A DNA stretch of 54,289 bases from a virus (IMGVR_UViG_3300027969_004149:1-54289); one strand, 5' to 3'. Counted from the stretch's first letter, positions 18,249-29,058 are shown. Notes: a model not told the origin generated them from the sequence alone. A program made the numbers and translations.

Positions 18249-18970
18249 ACCATCATAATATAGATAACTGTCTTGTACCCTTTGATCACTCATGGGAAAA
18301 TATAGCCATCAGCGTAAGTGGTGGTGCTGACAGTGCGCTGTTGGCCTATCTGATTTGCGACCTAGCCAAAGACCACAACGTCACCATACACATTATTAAC
18401 CATGTGCGTTGTTGGAAGACAAAGCCCTGGCAACAAGATAACGCCAATGATGTATATAATTGGTTGTTCCAAAGATTTTATCACACCAAGTTTGTTCGGC
18501 ATACAAACTTTATAGCACCTGAATTAGAATACGGTGATGTTGGGCCGATTCTAACAGACGAATACGGTAAAAAAGTCAGCGGTGATAATATACAACAACG
18601 TGCATATGCAGAATTTGTTTGTCACAAATACGATATCAATGCATACTACAATGCAGTCACTAGAAATCCAATAGCAGTTGATCTCGGAGGCATGGAAGAA
18701 AGAAATATTGATGCCAATGATAGTAATCAACATCTTAAAATTATGAAGCACATGGATCGATGGGCTATTCATCCTTTTAGATTTGTAGATAAAAGTTGGG
18801 TTATCTCACAGTATAAAAGACTGGAAATTATAGACCTTTTAGAACTTACTAGAAGTTGTGAAGGCACGTTTGAAGAAATAGATTTTACAAATTATACCAA
18901 AGGACAATATGTTCCAGTTTGCGGAGAATGTTTTTGGTGCAAAGAAAGAAGGTGGGCCATTGATCAATAG
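18245..18970 (+). CDS. QueC-like PP-loop ATPase
   Basis: SVSGGADS PP-loop; TRSC ... CGECFWCKER zinc site. Confidence 0.75.
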   Translation: MNHHNIDNCLVPFDHSWENIAISVSGGADSALLAYLICDLAKDHNVTIHIINHVRCWKTKPWQQDNANDVYNWLFQRFYHTKFVRHTNFIAPELEYGDVGPILTDEYGKKVSGDNIQQRAYAEFVCHKYDINAYYNAVTRNPIAVDLGGMEERNIDANDSNQHLKIMKHMDRWAIHPFRFVDKSWVISQYKRLEIIDLLELTRSCEGTFEEIDFTNYTKGQYVPVCGECFWCKERRWAIDQ

Positions 18971-20222
18971 CAAAACATTTTGTATGCATCCTTTCACAGG
19001 ATTAGCAACACGCGAAGACGGCGCTGTTAAAGTCTGTTGTCGAAGCCATCCTATTGGCTTTATTCAAAAAAACACTCTTGAACAAATTTGGAATAATGAT
19101 ACCATGCGCCGAATTCGCACTCAAGTTTTGTCCGGAGAGCGTCCTCCCGAATGTGCGCCTTGCTTCGCATTAGAAGATCAAGGAGTCGAAAGCCTGCGTC
19201 AAAGACATATCAACGGTGTTATACCAGAAGCTCGTATTAATCTCTACCCCAAAGCGTTAGCCGAGTTACATCCAGAAATGACCATGCCTTTTAACTTTCC
19301 TACCATGGAAATTAAATTAAACAATCTATGCAATTTAAAATGTCGCATGTGTAATCCCATGGACTCAACCAGCTGGAATGATTGGCAAGAAGTAGAACAG
19401 CATTACGAAAAAGAAGATAATTTTTTAGTAAAAAAGATCATAGACTTAAATCTCAAGAACAAGCCGTTCTTAGATAGTTTTGTAGATACGCCTAATTGGT
19501 GGGAAAGTTTTGAAAAACTATTGCCTTACTTTAGACGTGTAGAGTTCGCTGGTGGTGAACCCCTGATGGATCCTACACATTATAAAATTTTAGATATGCT
19601 TGCTCCGTATGGTAAGGATATAGAAATTAAGTACGCTACTAACTTGACCATGTTGGGCAAGAGCGACAGAACTGTGTGGCAGTATTGGCCTAAATTTAAA
19701 AGTGTTGCTGTTAATGTGAGCATAGATGGTATAGGAAGCAGTTATGAATACATTCGAGGAAATGCATCATGGGCTGAATTAATCAACAATATAAAACAGA
19801 TACAGACAATTCCCAATGTAAGTCGAATAGTAGGAGCGGTGGCTGTACAGGTCAGCAACATTTTAATTTTAGATAAAATGATAGAATATTTTTTAGACGA
19901 TTTAGGGATTGTGTTTTATACCAATATGGTAAATTACCCCAAAGTGTTGTCACCGCAGGTGTTACCTAAATATCTAAAAATACTAGCTATAGAAAGATTA
20001 CAGAATGTAATGCAACGTGTAACAGATTTTAAATACGTTAAAGAAAATCCTATTTTATTAGATATTACTCTTGGTCAGATTACCGGTGTAATTAATTTTT
20101 TAGAAGCCAACGACCAAAGCGACCTATGGGAAGAATGCATAGATTTTAATAAAAAATTAGATGCTACTAGACAACAAAGTTTTGTATCTAACACACCGGA
20201 GTTTAAAAGATATGTTCCTTGA
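18960..20222 (+). CDS. radical SAM protein with N-terminal twitch/SPASM-like domain
   Basis: CNLKCRMC, FAGGEP; FCMHPF..VCC..CAPC; likely TTG start. Confidence 0.9.
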   Translation: MINSKTFCMHPFTGLATREDGAVKVCCRSHPIGFIQKNTLEQIWNNDTMRRIRTQVLSGERPPECAPCFALEDQGVESLRQRHINGVIPEARINLYPKALAELHPEMTMPFNFPTMEIKLNNLCNLKCRMCNPMDSTSWNDWQEVEQHYEKEDNFLVKKIIDLNLKNKPFLDSFVDTPNWWESFEKLLPYFRRVEFAGGEPLMDPTHYKILDMLAPYGKDIEIKYATNLTMLGKSDRTVWQYWPKFKSVAVNVSIDGIGSSYEYIRGNASWAELINNIKQIQTIPNVSRIVGAVAVQVSNILILDKMIEYFLDDLGIVFYTNMVNYPKVLSPQVLPKYLKILAIERLQNVMQRVTDFKYVKENPILLDITLGQITGVINFLEANDQSDLWEECIDFNKKLDATRQQSFVSNTPEFKRYVP

Positions 20223-20781
20223 TTATAAAAAATATCAACATTGGTCATTGATTGACGAAATATTAATTCTAGCACAACAAGAATTAACAGTATTTCTAGC
20301 CAACAAGACTCCGTACGATATGGCCGACTACAAATGGTTTGAAAAACAATATGGTCATCCAATGGGACCGAAGGTGTGGAATTGGTATGCAGTTCCTAAT
20401 TTACGGGCAAGTCAAGAAACTGAGTGGAGTGATTTATTACCACAGCTGACACAAAAGGCAAAGTCTTTGCCGGGAATAGTTAATTTCAGCGTAAATGCTA
20501 TCGCACCAGGAGGTGAAGCTCCCTTTCACAGCGACTACGACTATGACATGCGCATTGATCTATCTAAATCAAACAAGGTATATGTCATATTAATTGGAGT
20601 TAATATTCCAGATGTTCCTGTAGACAAATGTGGGTTCCAGTTAGGTGATGAAAAAATAAAATTTAGTACAAATGATATTGTTGCGTTCGATGGAGGTATC
20701 ACACACGGTTCATGGAATTTTACTGACCAGTGGCGCTATACCATAAATATGGATATAAAACAAGAAGAGTGGAACCTATGA
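20212..20781 (+). CDS. AspH-like 2OG-Fe(II) oxygenase
   Basis: PGGEAPFHSD, FDGGITHGSWN..R. Confidence 0.75.
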   Translation: MFLDYKKYQHWSLIDEILILAQQELTVFLANKTPYDMADYKWFEKQYGHPMGPKVWNWYAVPNLRASQETEWSDLLPQLTQKAKSLPGIVNFSVNAIAPGGEAPFHSDYDYDMRIDLSKSNKVYVILIGVNIPDVPVDKCGFQLGDEKIKFSTNDIVAFDGGITHGSWNFTDQWRYTINMDIKQEEWNL

Positions 20782-21401
20782 CATCTGTCTGGAAAGATCC
20801 GACAAAATACAAAGACTACGATAAACTGTGGCCATTGGTTTCGATGGCTAAAAAGATCGTGGTCGGCGATGACGGCTATCCTATAAACATAGAAAAAATC
20901 AACGATCAATACAAAGGTTTTTATTTAAGAAAAGACAGACCAGAAAATCCCATCAAATGGAATGCCATAACAGTGTATCAACGATTGCCTGACTTTCAGT
21001 TTATTGCTGATAAAATAGATCAAAGATATACTTTGCTCAAAAACGAATTTGAAAAAATAGAAACCATCACGCAGGTAGTTATAAATTATATCGGACCTCA
21101 GTCAATTACTCCATTACATAGTGATAGCAAAACTTATAAAGGGTCTGGTCAAGACTATATTGGTGGCGTTATGGCCAACGGTGTTGTTGCTCCCACATAT
21201 CAAATAATGATAGGTCTTTGGATCCCACCTTTTGACAATGATGAGATAGGATTAGAATTCCCTGGACACGGTTTTAAAACATGGAAGACCGACGAGGCAC
21301 TAGCATTTGATGGTGCTTACGATCATCAAGGATGGAACAGAACAGATTTTACAAGAGTGTCACTGTTCATTGACGTATTAAAAAGTTCTGTAGATGAATA
21401 A
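20778..21401 (+). CDS. AspH-like 2OG-Fe(II) oxygenase
   Basis: PQSITPLHSD, FDGAYDHQGWNRT..RVSLFIDV. Confidence 0.8.
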   Translation: MTSVWKDPTKYKDYDKLWPLVSMAKKIVVGDDGYPINIEKINDQYKGFYLRKDRPENPIKWNAITVYQRLPDFQFIADKIDQRYTLLKNEFEKIETITQVVINYIGPQSITPLHSDSKTYKGSGQDYIGGVMANGVVAPTYQIMIGLWIPPFDNDEIGLEFPGHGFKTWKTDEALAFDGAYDHQGWNRTDFTRVSLFIDVLKSSVDE

Positions 21402-22305
21402 AATAACCAGTGTATGGCCTCACCAGGATCAAATCAAAGTAGAATGGAACCTTGGTAAACGCTGTAACTACGATTGCAGTTATTGTCCCTCGGAAATACA
21501 CAATAATTTTAGTCCGCACACAGATATTAACATTCTAGAATCAACTGTAGATAAACTGTGTGAACTAGGGAAACCGTTGCGTATTAGTCTAACTGGAGGA
21601 GAACCGTGTGTTCATCCAGACATCGAGGATTTATTAGAATACTTCAAACGTAAAGACGTGTTCTGGGTTAACTTAACTACTAACGGCACTAGGGGATATA
21701 GGTGGTATCTTGAAAATGAAATATTCTTCAATCATCTTGTGTTTAGCCTGCACTTTGAACAAGATTGGACACGTATATTTGATACGATTTTAAAATTCTA
21801 CGACAGCACTGAACAAGACTTTTTTGTCAACATCATGGCTCATCACAAATATATGCACAATGTAAAAGTTGTTGTTAAAAAGTTTGATGAGATCGGAATC
21901 AAATATGCTATTCGTAGAATCCGATGGACCGAAGGTGACCATAATGTGTTCGATGATTTAAAATATGACGGCAAAGACCTAGAATGGATTTTAAGTCATG
22001 ACGCTACTGCGAAGCCTAATGTGCGTATCGATGACAGCGAAATTATGCACAGCAACGATGTAATTAAACTTCACAAGAATCAATTCAAAGGGTGGAGCTG
22101 TAATGCAGGGTTAGAAAGCCTTATGATTAATTGGGATGGAGAAGTGCATCGTGCTACCTGTAGAGTCGGCGGCAGCTTAGGTAATATCTATCACAACACA
22201 TTTAAACCAGTTACAGAACAGATTATCTGCACTAGAGACAATTGTACCTGTGCAGCAGATATACCATTAACAAAATTTAGAAATGTGAGTGTCAGGTTGA
22301 CATGA
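21394..22305 (+). CDS. radical SAM protein with C-terminal SPASM-like domain
   Basis: CNYDCSYC, LTGGEP, TTNG; CNAG..C..C..CTC. Confidence 0.9.
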   Translation: MNKITSVWPHQDQIKVEWNLGKRCNYDCSYCPSEIHNNFSPHTDINILESTVDKLCELGKPLRISLTGGEPCVHPDIEDLLEYFKRKDVFWVNLTTNGTRGYRWYLENEIFFNHLVFSLHFEQDWTRIFDTILKFYDSTEQDFFVNIMAHHKYMHNVKVVVKKFDEIGIKYAIRRIRWTEGDHNVFDDLKYDGKDLEWILSHDATAKPNVRIDDSEIMHSNDVIKLHKNQFKGWSCNAGLESLMINWDGEVHRATCRVGGSLGNIYHNTFKPVTEQIICTRDNCTCAADIPLTKFRNVSVRLT

Positions 22306-23193
22306 ACAATCATTTTTTGGACATATCACAGAATTCATCCCATTGAGTTCAACTCCGCATGATCCTCTAATAGTACCGTCGTGATTTATTACTATGGATT
22401 CGGCACCTAGCATACAACTCCATCCTTTAAACTTGTTCCAATTATTGAGTATAATCGTATGAGGCTTTGCAACCTTGGCTACATTGTTGTCAAATAATAC
22501 AACACTCTGGTGTAATTTAAAATCATCAATGTGTTTCAACAATCTATCACTGGACGGAATACGTTTTATACTACTTTCTAGGTAGGCTATTTGTTCTGTG
22601 TTATAGCAATCGACACCACGACCCGGAGCATCGACAATTTCCTTGGTTTGTATTATCCAAGGATACTTGCTAGTCATCATGACATTCACTGCGTCAACAC
22701 ATTTATTCCAATTTTTAAAATCCATTAGAACAAGCGTTGTAACTTTAAGTTCTTTTTCATATAGAAAATCAGCGACAGCACAATGATGTGCTAGATCAGC
22801 ATATTCATTATGAAAACTTAATGTAACATCATCAAAATAAAGATAATTATTTTTCCACCATTCTAATGTTCTAGATCCGTTAGAGACCAGTGTGATAAAA
22901 ACATTATGAGTTTCTTTTAATTGTTTGCAGAAGTGTTCTAGCTTTGGCCATAGTGTAGGTTCGCCGCCGCCGGATATAGTCAAATGGAATTTTGTTTTTC
23001 CTGCCTGCTTGTATTGATCAAATACATTCCTAAAATTTGCCAGGATAGCATCAACGTCTTTAGGGTATCTAAAATTTCCATCGTGTGTACCTGGCCAACA
23101 ATAAGAACAGTTAAAATTACAAATGTCAGTCGGGAAGAATCTAACCTGTAATAGGTCGTTATCTTGGGTTGATATAATTTTAATTGGAATCAT
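22267..23193 (-). CDS. radical SAM protein with C-terminal SPASM-like domain
   Basis: CNFNCSYC, GGGEP, SNGSR; C..C..C..CSC. Confidence 0.9.
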   Translation of the reverse strand: MIPIKIISTQDNDLLQVRFFPTDICNFNCSYCWPGTHDGNFRYPKDVDAILANFRNVFDQYKQAGKTKFHLTISGGGEPTLWPKLEHFCKQLKETHNVFITLVSNGSRTLEWWKNNYLYFDDVTLSFHNEYADLAHHCAVADFLYEKELKVTTLVLMDFKNWNKCVDAVNVMMTSKYPWIIQTKEIVDAPGRGVDCYNTEQIAYLESSIKRIPSSDRLLKHIDDFKLHQSVVLFDNNVAKVAKPHTIILNNWNKFKGWSCMLGAESIVINHDGTIRGSCGVELNGMNSVICPKNDCSCQPDTHISKFC

Positions 23194-24494
23194 AAAGTTT
23201 TTAGTTCTGGGAACACATCAGTATAGCATGTTCCTCGAACACTATCGGTGGTGGTTAGATAATCAAGTAACGTTGGAATCTTGTTAGACCAATCCTCAGA
23301 TTCCATATAATTTATCAACCCCTTCCATCTTGTTAGCCCATAAGGGTTATTTACAAACTCAGTGTTGGTCATATTGCTGTCACAAAAATGATCAATACGA
23401 GTTTTTACTTTATCTTTTAGGTGTTTAGGCAACACTCGCACATTTAGATAGCTAGGCAAGTAAACTAGATGTGTTCCGATCAGGCCGGCACCGTAGGGGG
23501 GCAGATTAATCTTTTTAAAGTTTTTACTTTCTTTCCAATGCACCAAGTCCGGAATAGTCAACACATTCATTAGCTGTACGGCACAGGCAATATTGACAAT
23601 GATATTGTCTGGTGTATCGTCCAGTCGTTCTAAATTTGAAACTACGTTGTCCCATTTACTAGGATAACGAATATAATCGTTGCGTTCTTCTAATGCGTCT
23701 ATGCTGAAATTGAACTTAACTTGTTTAAAGTGTGACCATAATTCAAAAAGTTTCTCAGGTAATTCTAATCCATTGCTGTTGTATCGAAGCACACAATTTT
23801 CTGCATTGCCTGTTTCGACCATGAATTCTAATATTTTATAATGCTCCGGAATCAACAAAGGCTCGCCACCTGCAAAATATAATTCTTTAATAAACGTTGC
23901 CTGCTGTTTCATTTCATTAAGAAATCTGCCGTTTTGATACCACGTGTAATCTCTATTACGATCATCCCAATGTTGATCTTTTATTAATTCTAGGGTTTTA
24001 TATTTGGGATATTGTAATTTCCATTCTTTGATCCAAGAACTGCTGTCGTGCGGACTGCACATAATACATTTAAGTTGACACAAATTTCCTAATCGTAAAT
24101 CAAAATAGGGAATACTAACTGGCAAGGATCCGTCTTGTTCGGTGGTAGCAACGATGGAATCGATATCTAGCCGTTCCTTCCAGACCACAGTCTCCCATTG
24201 TCTCTTACTAACAATACCTTTAGATTCTTCTTCAAAACATTTAGTACAACTAACAGGAATCTCATCATTCATCATTTGTAAACGAGTTGCCTTCATTTGA
24301 GGCGAGTTCCATATTTCTTCTATAGAATAATCTCGTAGATTCATAATATGGCCATCCTGAATGACCAGTCCAGATTCTTTGGAATCTACAACGCCAGCAC
24401 CAGATGCATTAGCTGTGCAACATAATCTAACATCACCGTTAGGCCTAGTCGCTAGATGTATCCAAGGAAGGGCACAAATAGTATTAGACATCAA
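23190..24494 (-). CDS. radical SAM protein with N-terminal twitch/SPASM-like domain
   Basis: CQLKCIMC, FAGGEP; CALPW..LCC..CTKC. Confidence 0.9.
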   Translation of the reverse strand: MMSNTICALPWIHLATRPNGDVRLCCTANASGAGVVDSKESGLVIQDGHIMNLRDYSIEEIWNSPQMKATRLQMMNDEIPVSCTKCFEEESKGIVSKRQWETVVWKERLDIDSIVATTEQDGSLPVSIPYFDLRLGNLCQLKCIMCSPHDSSSWIKEWKLQYPKYKTLELIKDQHWDDRNRDYTWYQNGRFLNEMKQQATFIKELYFAGGEPLLIPEHYKILEFMVETGNAENCVLRYNSNGLELPEKLFELWSHFKQVKFNFSIDALEERNDYIRYPSKWDNVVSNLERLDDTPDNIIVNIACAVQLMNVLTIPDLVHWKESKNFKKINLPPYGAGLIGTHLVYLPSYLNVRVLPKHLKDKVKTRIDHFCDSNMTNTEFVNNPYGLTRWKGLINYMESEDWSNKIPTLLDYLTTTDSVRGTCYTDVFPELKTL

Positions 24495-25566
24495 ATTTTG
24501 TAACTTCTAAGAATTGATCCGTGCATCGACTTATCTCTACTTCTTGATGAATCCCGCACGATCTAGAACATATGATATTTTTATTTTGTCCTGACCACAT
24601 ATCATTCCATATGGTTTGGTAGGCATCGCTATCAACTATGTTTTTTATCGATCGTTTAAACGTGTTTACTTCGCCTAAAATATCAACCATTTGTTGATGC
24701 TGTTGTTGTATTTTTTTTCTAACAGCAAATGCAGCATCGTCGGATATGTGTGTATAAGGAGTATTGGCCAACCAGCAACACGCAAATAAATCACCATGCG
24801 CATCTATGTAAATTTCTTTGGTTTCTAATACCTGACATTTTATTTGTGAATCTGCAACTATTTTTTCATAATTTTCTATAGTTTTTCTATCTATGAATTT
24901 CATAGGAGTGTCTGTTGGCGGCTCTACGAAATGCATGATGCTGCCTTTTTTATCAACCACCTTTACTGCAGGTTCTAATATAAATCTGCTACTTTCTTTA
25001 TGATGAAAACTTTCAAATCCCAACTGTTGACTTAGCAATCTAGCCTGTTCTATTTGATGCTGATTGTGTTTGAATCTGATAAATGCCCATTGAGCTTTAC
25101 CCCCGGCACCTATAAAAGCCTTGGCGTTAGCAATGACATTCTGGTAGTTGACTCCTACTCTATATAAGTGGTTGGTATCTTCTAATCCATCTATGCCAAA
25201 CACCACCAAATGATTATCTGGTAATGCGCGAGCTAGATCTTTCCACCATTGCGGTTTGCGCATGCCACCATTGGTGTGTATATGAATCTGTACTTGACTG
25301 TTGATCTCCTTGGCGTATTCGCACATTTGAATAATATTGTTATTCATAATAGGATCACCAAACGTACCACAAAAATAAAACCCATGTAACTGTTGCAACA
25401 CCTCAGAGGTCATCACTGTCTTGAATTCTTCTAAGGTCCAATCATTGATTTTAATCAATGGGTTATCTAATCCGCCGTGAACATTGCGAGAACACATAGG
25501 GCAACTGGCTTGACAATTATTGGATATTTCTAAGTGTATTTGACGAAGATTTGAAAATTTAAACAT
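24484..25566 (-). CDS. radical SAM/SPASM protein
   Basis: CQASCPMC, GTFGDP, HTNGG, IDG; C-terminal C..ACC..CSRSC. Confidence 0.9.
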   Translation of the reverse strand: MFKFSNLRQIHLEISNNCQASCPMCSRNVHGGLDNPLIKINDWTLEEFKTVMTSEVLQQLHGFYFCGTFGDPIMNNNIIQMCEYAKEINSQVQIHIHTNGGMRKPQWWKDLARALPDNHLVVFGIDGLEDTNHLYRVGVNYQNVIANAKAFIGAGGKAQWAFIRFKHNQHQIEQARLLSQQLGFESFHHKESSRFILEPAVKVVDKKGSIMHFVEPPTDTPMKFIDRKTIENYEKIVADSQIKCQVLETKEIYIDAHGDLFACCWLANTPYTHISDDAAFAVRKKIQQQHQQMVDILGEVNTFKRSIKNIVDSDAYQTIWNDMWSGQNKNIICSRSCGIHQEVEISRCTDQFLEVTKFDV

Positions 25567-25573
25567 CTTACGG

Positions 25574-25630
25574 TATTTAACACAATTATATTAGCACATT
25601 TTTAGTCGTGGCTTTGCCTTTTGATAAATA
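25574..25630. promoter_or_regulatory. divergent TAAATA pair
   Basis: TATTTA 25574-25579 and TAAATA 25625-25630. Confidence 0.6.
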
Positions 25631-25656
25631 CTTGACCGACCTGCAGGAGTATTACA

Positions 25657-26331
25657 ATGATTACAGAAAACACATTCGATGCTAAAGATATTAAAAAAGC
25701 TATTATAAAAAGCCAACATTGCCAACGGAATTGGGATCTCTCTAAAGACATACCCCAAGAGCATCTTGAAATACTCAAGACTTCTATCACACAGGCTCCT
25801 AGCTTACAGAATGTTGCTTTTTACAAAATACATTGGATACAAGATCGAGAAACAATAGAAAAAGTACACGAGTGTACTCACGGTGCTCCGTATAGAAAAA
25901 CCAAAAAAGGAATATTAGTCGACCCTAATCCCAAAGAAGATGATCATTTGTACGACATGGGAGATACTACTCAATCGCAGGTGTTGGCAAATCTTGTAGT
26001 AGTATTTGAAGAATATTACAATGTAGAAGAATATTTTAAAGAAAAACGCATAGAAGACAAACCTAAAGACTTCGATAAACATGTAGCAGTGGGTATTGCT
26101 TCTGGTTATCTTAACCTCACTGCTAACCTTTTAGGTTATGAAACAGGTTGCTGTATCTCTATGAAACACGACGAATTGAAAAAAACTCTAGACATGCAAG
26201 GAAAACCGTTATTAGTAATGGGAGTCGGTTTTAAACAACAAGGTGTTAGTCGTAGATTGCATCACACAACCCCTGAAATAAAATATCCAACTAATCCAAG
26301 ACAAGAAATTCCAGTAGTTGATTATCAGTAA
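25657..26331 (+). CDS. nitroreductase family flavoprotein
   Basis: CQRNWD..IP, APSLQN, AVGIASGYLNLTANLLGYETG, MGVG. Confidence 0.75.
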   Translation: MITENTFDAKDIKKAIIKSQHCQRNWDLSKDIPQEHLEILKTSITQAPSLQNVAFYKIHWIQDRETIEKVHECTHGAPYRKTKKGILVDPNPKEDDHLYDMGDTTQSQVLANLVVVFEEYYNVEEYFKEKRIEDKPKDFDKHVAVGIASGYLNLTANLLGYETGCCISMKHDELKKTLDMQGKPLLVMGVGFKQQGVSRRLHHTTPEIKYPTNPRQEIPVVDYQ

Positions 26332-26930
26332 TGCAAGTATATCATCAAGATATTGTAATTACTAAATTACAAGAAATTCAGAATCGATATTGTAATCACA
26401 TGCCTGATGTAGAATCAGGGGAAACTGAAATAATCGATTTTGATAAAGAAAGCGAAGACGCACAATGGATAACACAAAACATACTTCCAGATATCGAAGC
26501 ATATACCGGGAAGAAACATACGTTTCACCGAGCAGTATTGTTTGGCCAAGGCCCTAAAAGTTTTCAACCTGAACATATTGATGGTTTCTGGCCGCCCAAG
26601 GACGATGCAATTATTTGGTCATTAAACATTCCGATTACAAATTGCGAACAAGGGGAAATGATATGGTATGAAGGAGACTTTACAGTATCTCCAAAACCCA
26701 ACTCTCCTGAGTACGATTCTGGATTTAGGCCCAGTCATCGTACAAACGTAAAACTACTTAATTCGCTCGACTTAACTTGGGTCGGAGAACGTAAAATTAA
26801 AGATCGTATTATTGTAAATCAACCTACTATTGTTAAAGTTGACATTCCTCATCAAGTGGTGAACGCCAGCAATCAAGTACGCAAGTTATTAGCAGTAAGA
26901 GTTAGTCCGAATCTCATAATGCAGCAGTAG
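26331..26930 (+). CDS. 2OG-Fe(II) oxygenase-like protein
   Basis: EHIDG, SLNIPI, IPHQVVN..R. Confidence 0.65.
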   Translation: MQVYHQDIVITKLQEIQNRYCNHMPDVESGETEIIDFDKESEDAQWITQNILPDIEAYTGKKHTFHRAVLFGQGPKSFQPEHIDGFWPPKDDAIIWSLNIPITNCEQGEMIWYEGDFTVSPKPNSPEYDSGFRPSHRTNVKLLNSLDLTWVGERKIKDRIIVNQPTIVKVDIPHQVVNASNQVRKLLAVRVSPNLIMQQ

Positions 26931-26955
26931 GAAACCACTCTCCGATAAATATTTT

Positions 26956-27651
26956 ATGATGTATATCGGCAACTATTTCGATTGGATTAAACCAAATTGG
27001 CTCAATGAAGTCATCACGCATCCCGGGTTTGAGATGCCCAAGCATAGTCTACGCAACGAAGCAAGATTCAACCCAATACTCAAATCATATCTCAAGGATG
27101 TAGATAAAGTATTATCCCAACAAGAATATGATCAACTTATCATCGAACTTGATGCAATGGATTCAAATGATAATGTTGTAAGGCATGCCAGGATTCATGC
27201 AAACTACCTCGATCCCAAGAGAAATTTAGACGAAGAATACGGCATGTACCATGATGCAGGCTACGATGTTTGGGCCGATCATTTTAGATTGATGGAAAAA
27301 TTTGATGTCAGCTTTGATATCCTAGAAGATCCTCCTCCTTTCTTAGATTGGAAGGGTAAACATATCACATGGTGGTTCAGCAAAATGGATCCTGGTCACG
27401 TCATGCCCATGCATATAGACAAAGCAGATCCTAATATAAAAATTCACAAGTATTGGATGCCGTGGACTGACTACGAAAAGGGCCATATTTTTATGGTCGA
27501 AGATCGCGTCATCACTGATTATCGAGCCGGTGATGTTTTCATGTTCGACAATCCCGGAGCATGGCACGGTGCTGTAAATATAGGTCATAGTCCGCGAGCA
27601 ATACTACAGATAACTGATTATAAAATTTCAAGAAACTTAGATATTGTATGA
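26956..27651 (+). CDS. 2OG-Fe(II) oxygenase-like protein (GNY family copy 1)
   Basis: YIGNY, PGHVMPMHID, WHGAVNIG; TAAATA at 26946. Confidence 0.75.
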   Translation: MMYIGNYFDWIKPNWLNEVITHPGFEMPKHSLRNEARFNPILKSYLKDVDKVLSQQEYDQLIIELDAMDSNDNVVRHARIHANYLDPKRNLDEEYGMYHDAGYDVWADHFRLMEKFDVSFDILEDPPPFLDWKGKHITWWFSKMDPGHVMPMHIDKADPNIKIHKYWMPWTDYEKGHIFMVEDRVITDYRAGDVFMFDNPGAWHGAVNIGHSPRAILQITDYKISRNLDIV

Positions 27652-28166
27652 AATATCTAGGTAACTATCGAGACTGGATCCAACCATCGTGGATAGATAA
27701 TATTTTATCAGTGACTGGATTCGGAGCTCCTAAAGATTTTAATATAGATAAAGAAATTTCTATTGGTCAAAGATCCACCATGCACGAATCAGAAAGAAAA
27801 GTTTATGAGGTGTATGGTACAGACAAGATTTTTTTCTATCTATTAGAAAGTCAATGTCTAAACTTTGACATACAACCACCGTGGTTAACAGAAAAATTCG
27901 ACTGGTGGATAACAAAAATGATGCCGGGACAATTCATACCTATACACAGCGATGGTCCTAAACATTTAAAAGGTAAAAGATATTGGATGCCTTTGTTAGA
28001 CTGGGAGCCGGGGCACATCTTTCTATATGAAGATGTTAGTATTACCAAATATACCGCAGGGGATCTTTGGGAATACGAGGACAGTTTGGCCCCCCATGGA
28101 GCAATTAACATAGGGAATAACATTAGATTGATATTGCAAATTAGTACCTTTGGAGATCATAGATGA
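27648..28166 (+). CDS. 2OG-Fe(II) oxygenase-like protein (GNY family copy 2)
   Basis: YLGNY, PGQFIPIHSD, PHGAINIG. Confidence 0.75.
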   Translation: MKYLGNYRDWIQPSWIDNILSVTGFGAPKDFNIDKEISIGQRSTMHESERKVYEVYGTDKIFFYLLESQCLNFDIQPPWLTEKFDWWITKMMPGQFIPIHSDGPKHLKGKRYWMPLLDWEPGHIFLYEDVSITKYTAGDLWEYEDSLAPHGAINIGNNIRLILQISTFGDHR

Positions 28167-28666
28167 AATTTGTAGGAAATTATGCAGAAATAATTCAACC
28201 TTCTTGGATAGAAGAACTGTTATCCAAGGACGGACTGTTTAGACCCAGAGACGGGAAAAAACCAGATACAGCAGAGATGCACAACGAATATAAGCTGGCT
28301 ATGGATGCTGGATATGATTCCAACGGAATCTACTTTCAGATGTTTGATAAGAACAATGTGTCGTTTGAAGTAACTCCTCCTTGCGGGGATAGTCCGAACT
28401 TTCACTGGTGGATAACAAAACTGATGCCGGGAAATTTCATGCCTATGCACAAGGATCCACATACTATGTACGAAAAAAACAGCAGACGGTTTTGGATGCC
28501 TCTCCAGGATTGGGCACAAGGCCATATTTTTGTATACGAAGATGAAGTGATCACAAACTACAAAGCAGGGGATGTATACGTATATCAGGATGCTCAGGCA
28601 TTACACGGCGCAGCCAACATCGGATTAACTCCGAGATTAGTATTACAGTTTAGTACACATGACTGA
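28163..28666 (+). CDS. 2OG-Fe(II) oxygenase-like protein (GNY family copy 3)
   Basis: FVGNY, PGNFMPMHKD, LHGAANIG. Confidence 0.75.
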   Translation: MKFVGNYAEIIQPSWIEELLSKDGLFRPRDGKKPDTAEMHNEYKLAMDAGYDSNGIYFQMFDKNNVSFEVTPPCGDSPNFHWWITKLMPGNFMPMHKDPHTMYEKNSRRFWMPLQDWAQGHIFVYEDEVITNYKAGDVYVYQDAQALHGAANIGLTPRLVLQFSTHD

Positions 28667-29057
28667 AATTGCTATCACTGATGTTGTAGATGTAGAACAT
28701 GCCTTAGATTCTATGATTGTTTATTTTAGATCAAGGTATGATGACAAAATCTGTACCGAAGAATTTATCAGAAACTACGGAAAATATCAACCATACAGTT
28801 ATAAATTTATTGTAAAAGATCGAGCTGTGATCAATCCCACAGTGTCTGAGGATTTTTTTAAAACTACCAACACCATAACTTTAGAAGATTGCCTAAATTT
28901 AAATTACACCGCCATAGATCTGATGATCAGCGAAGATAAAGTTCATAGAGTTATAAATGGTCAACACAGAATTTTACGCATATTGTGGCAGTGCTTAAAT
29001 AATCACATCGATATAAACAAAATAAAAATTAAATGTACTATTAAGGAATACGCATAA
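28659..29057 (+). CDS. hypothetical protein, ParB/Srx-like motif
   Basis: VINGQHR resembles the DGxHR motif. Confidence 0.45.
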   Translation: MTEIAITDVVDVEHALDSMIVYFRSRYDDKICTEEFIRNYGKYQPYSYKFIVKDRAVINPTVSEDFFKTTNTITLEDCLNLNYTAIDLMISEDKVHRVINGQHRILRILWQCLNNHIDINKIKIKCTIKEYA

Positions 29058-29058
29058 T

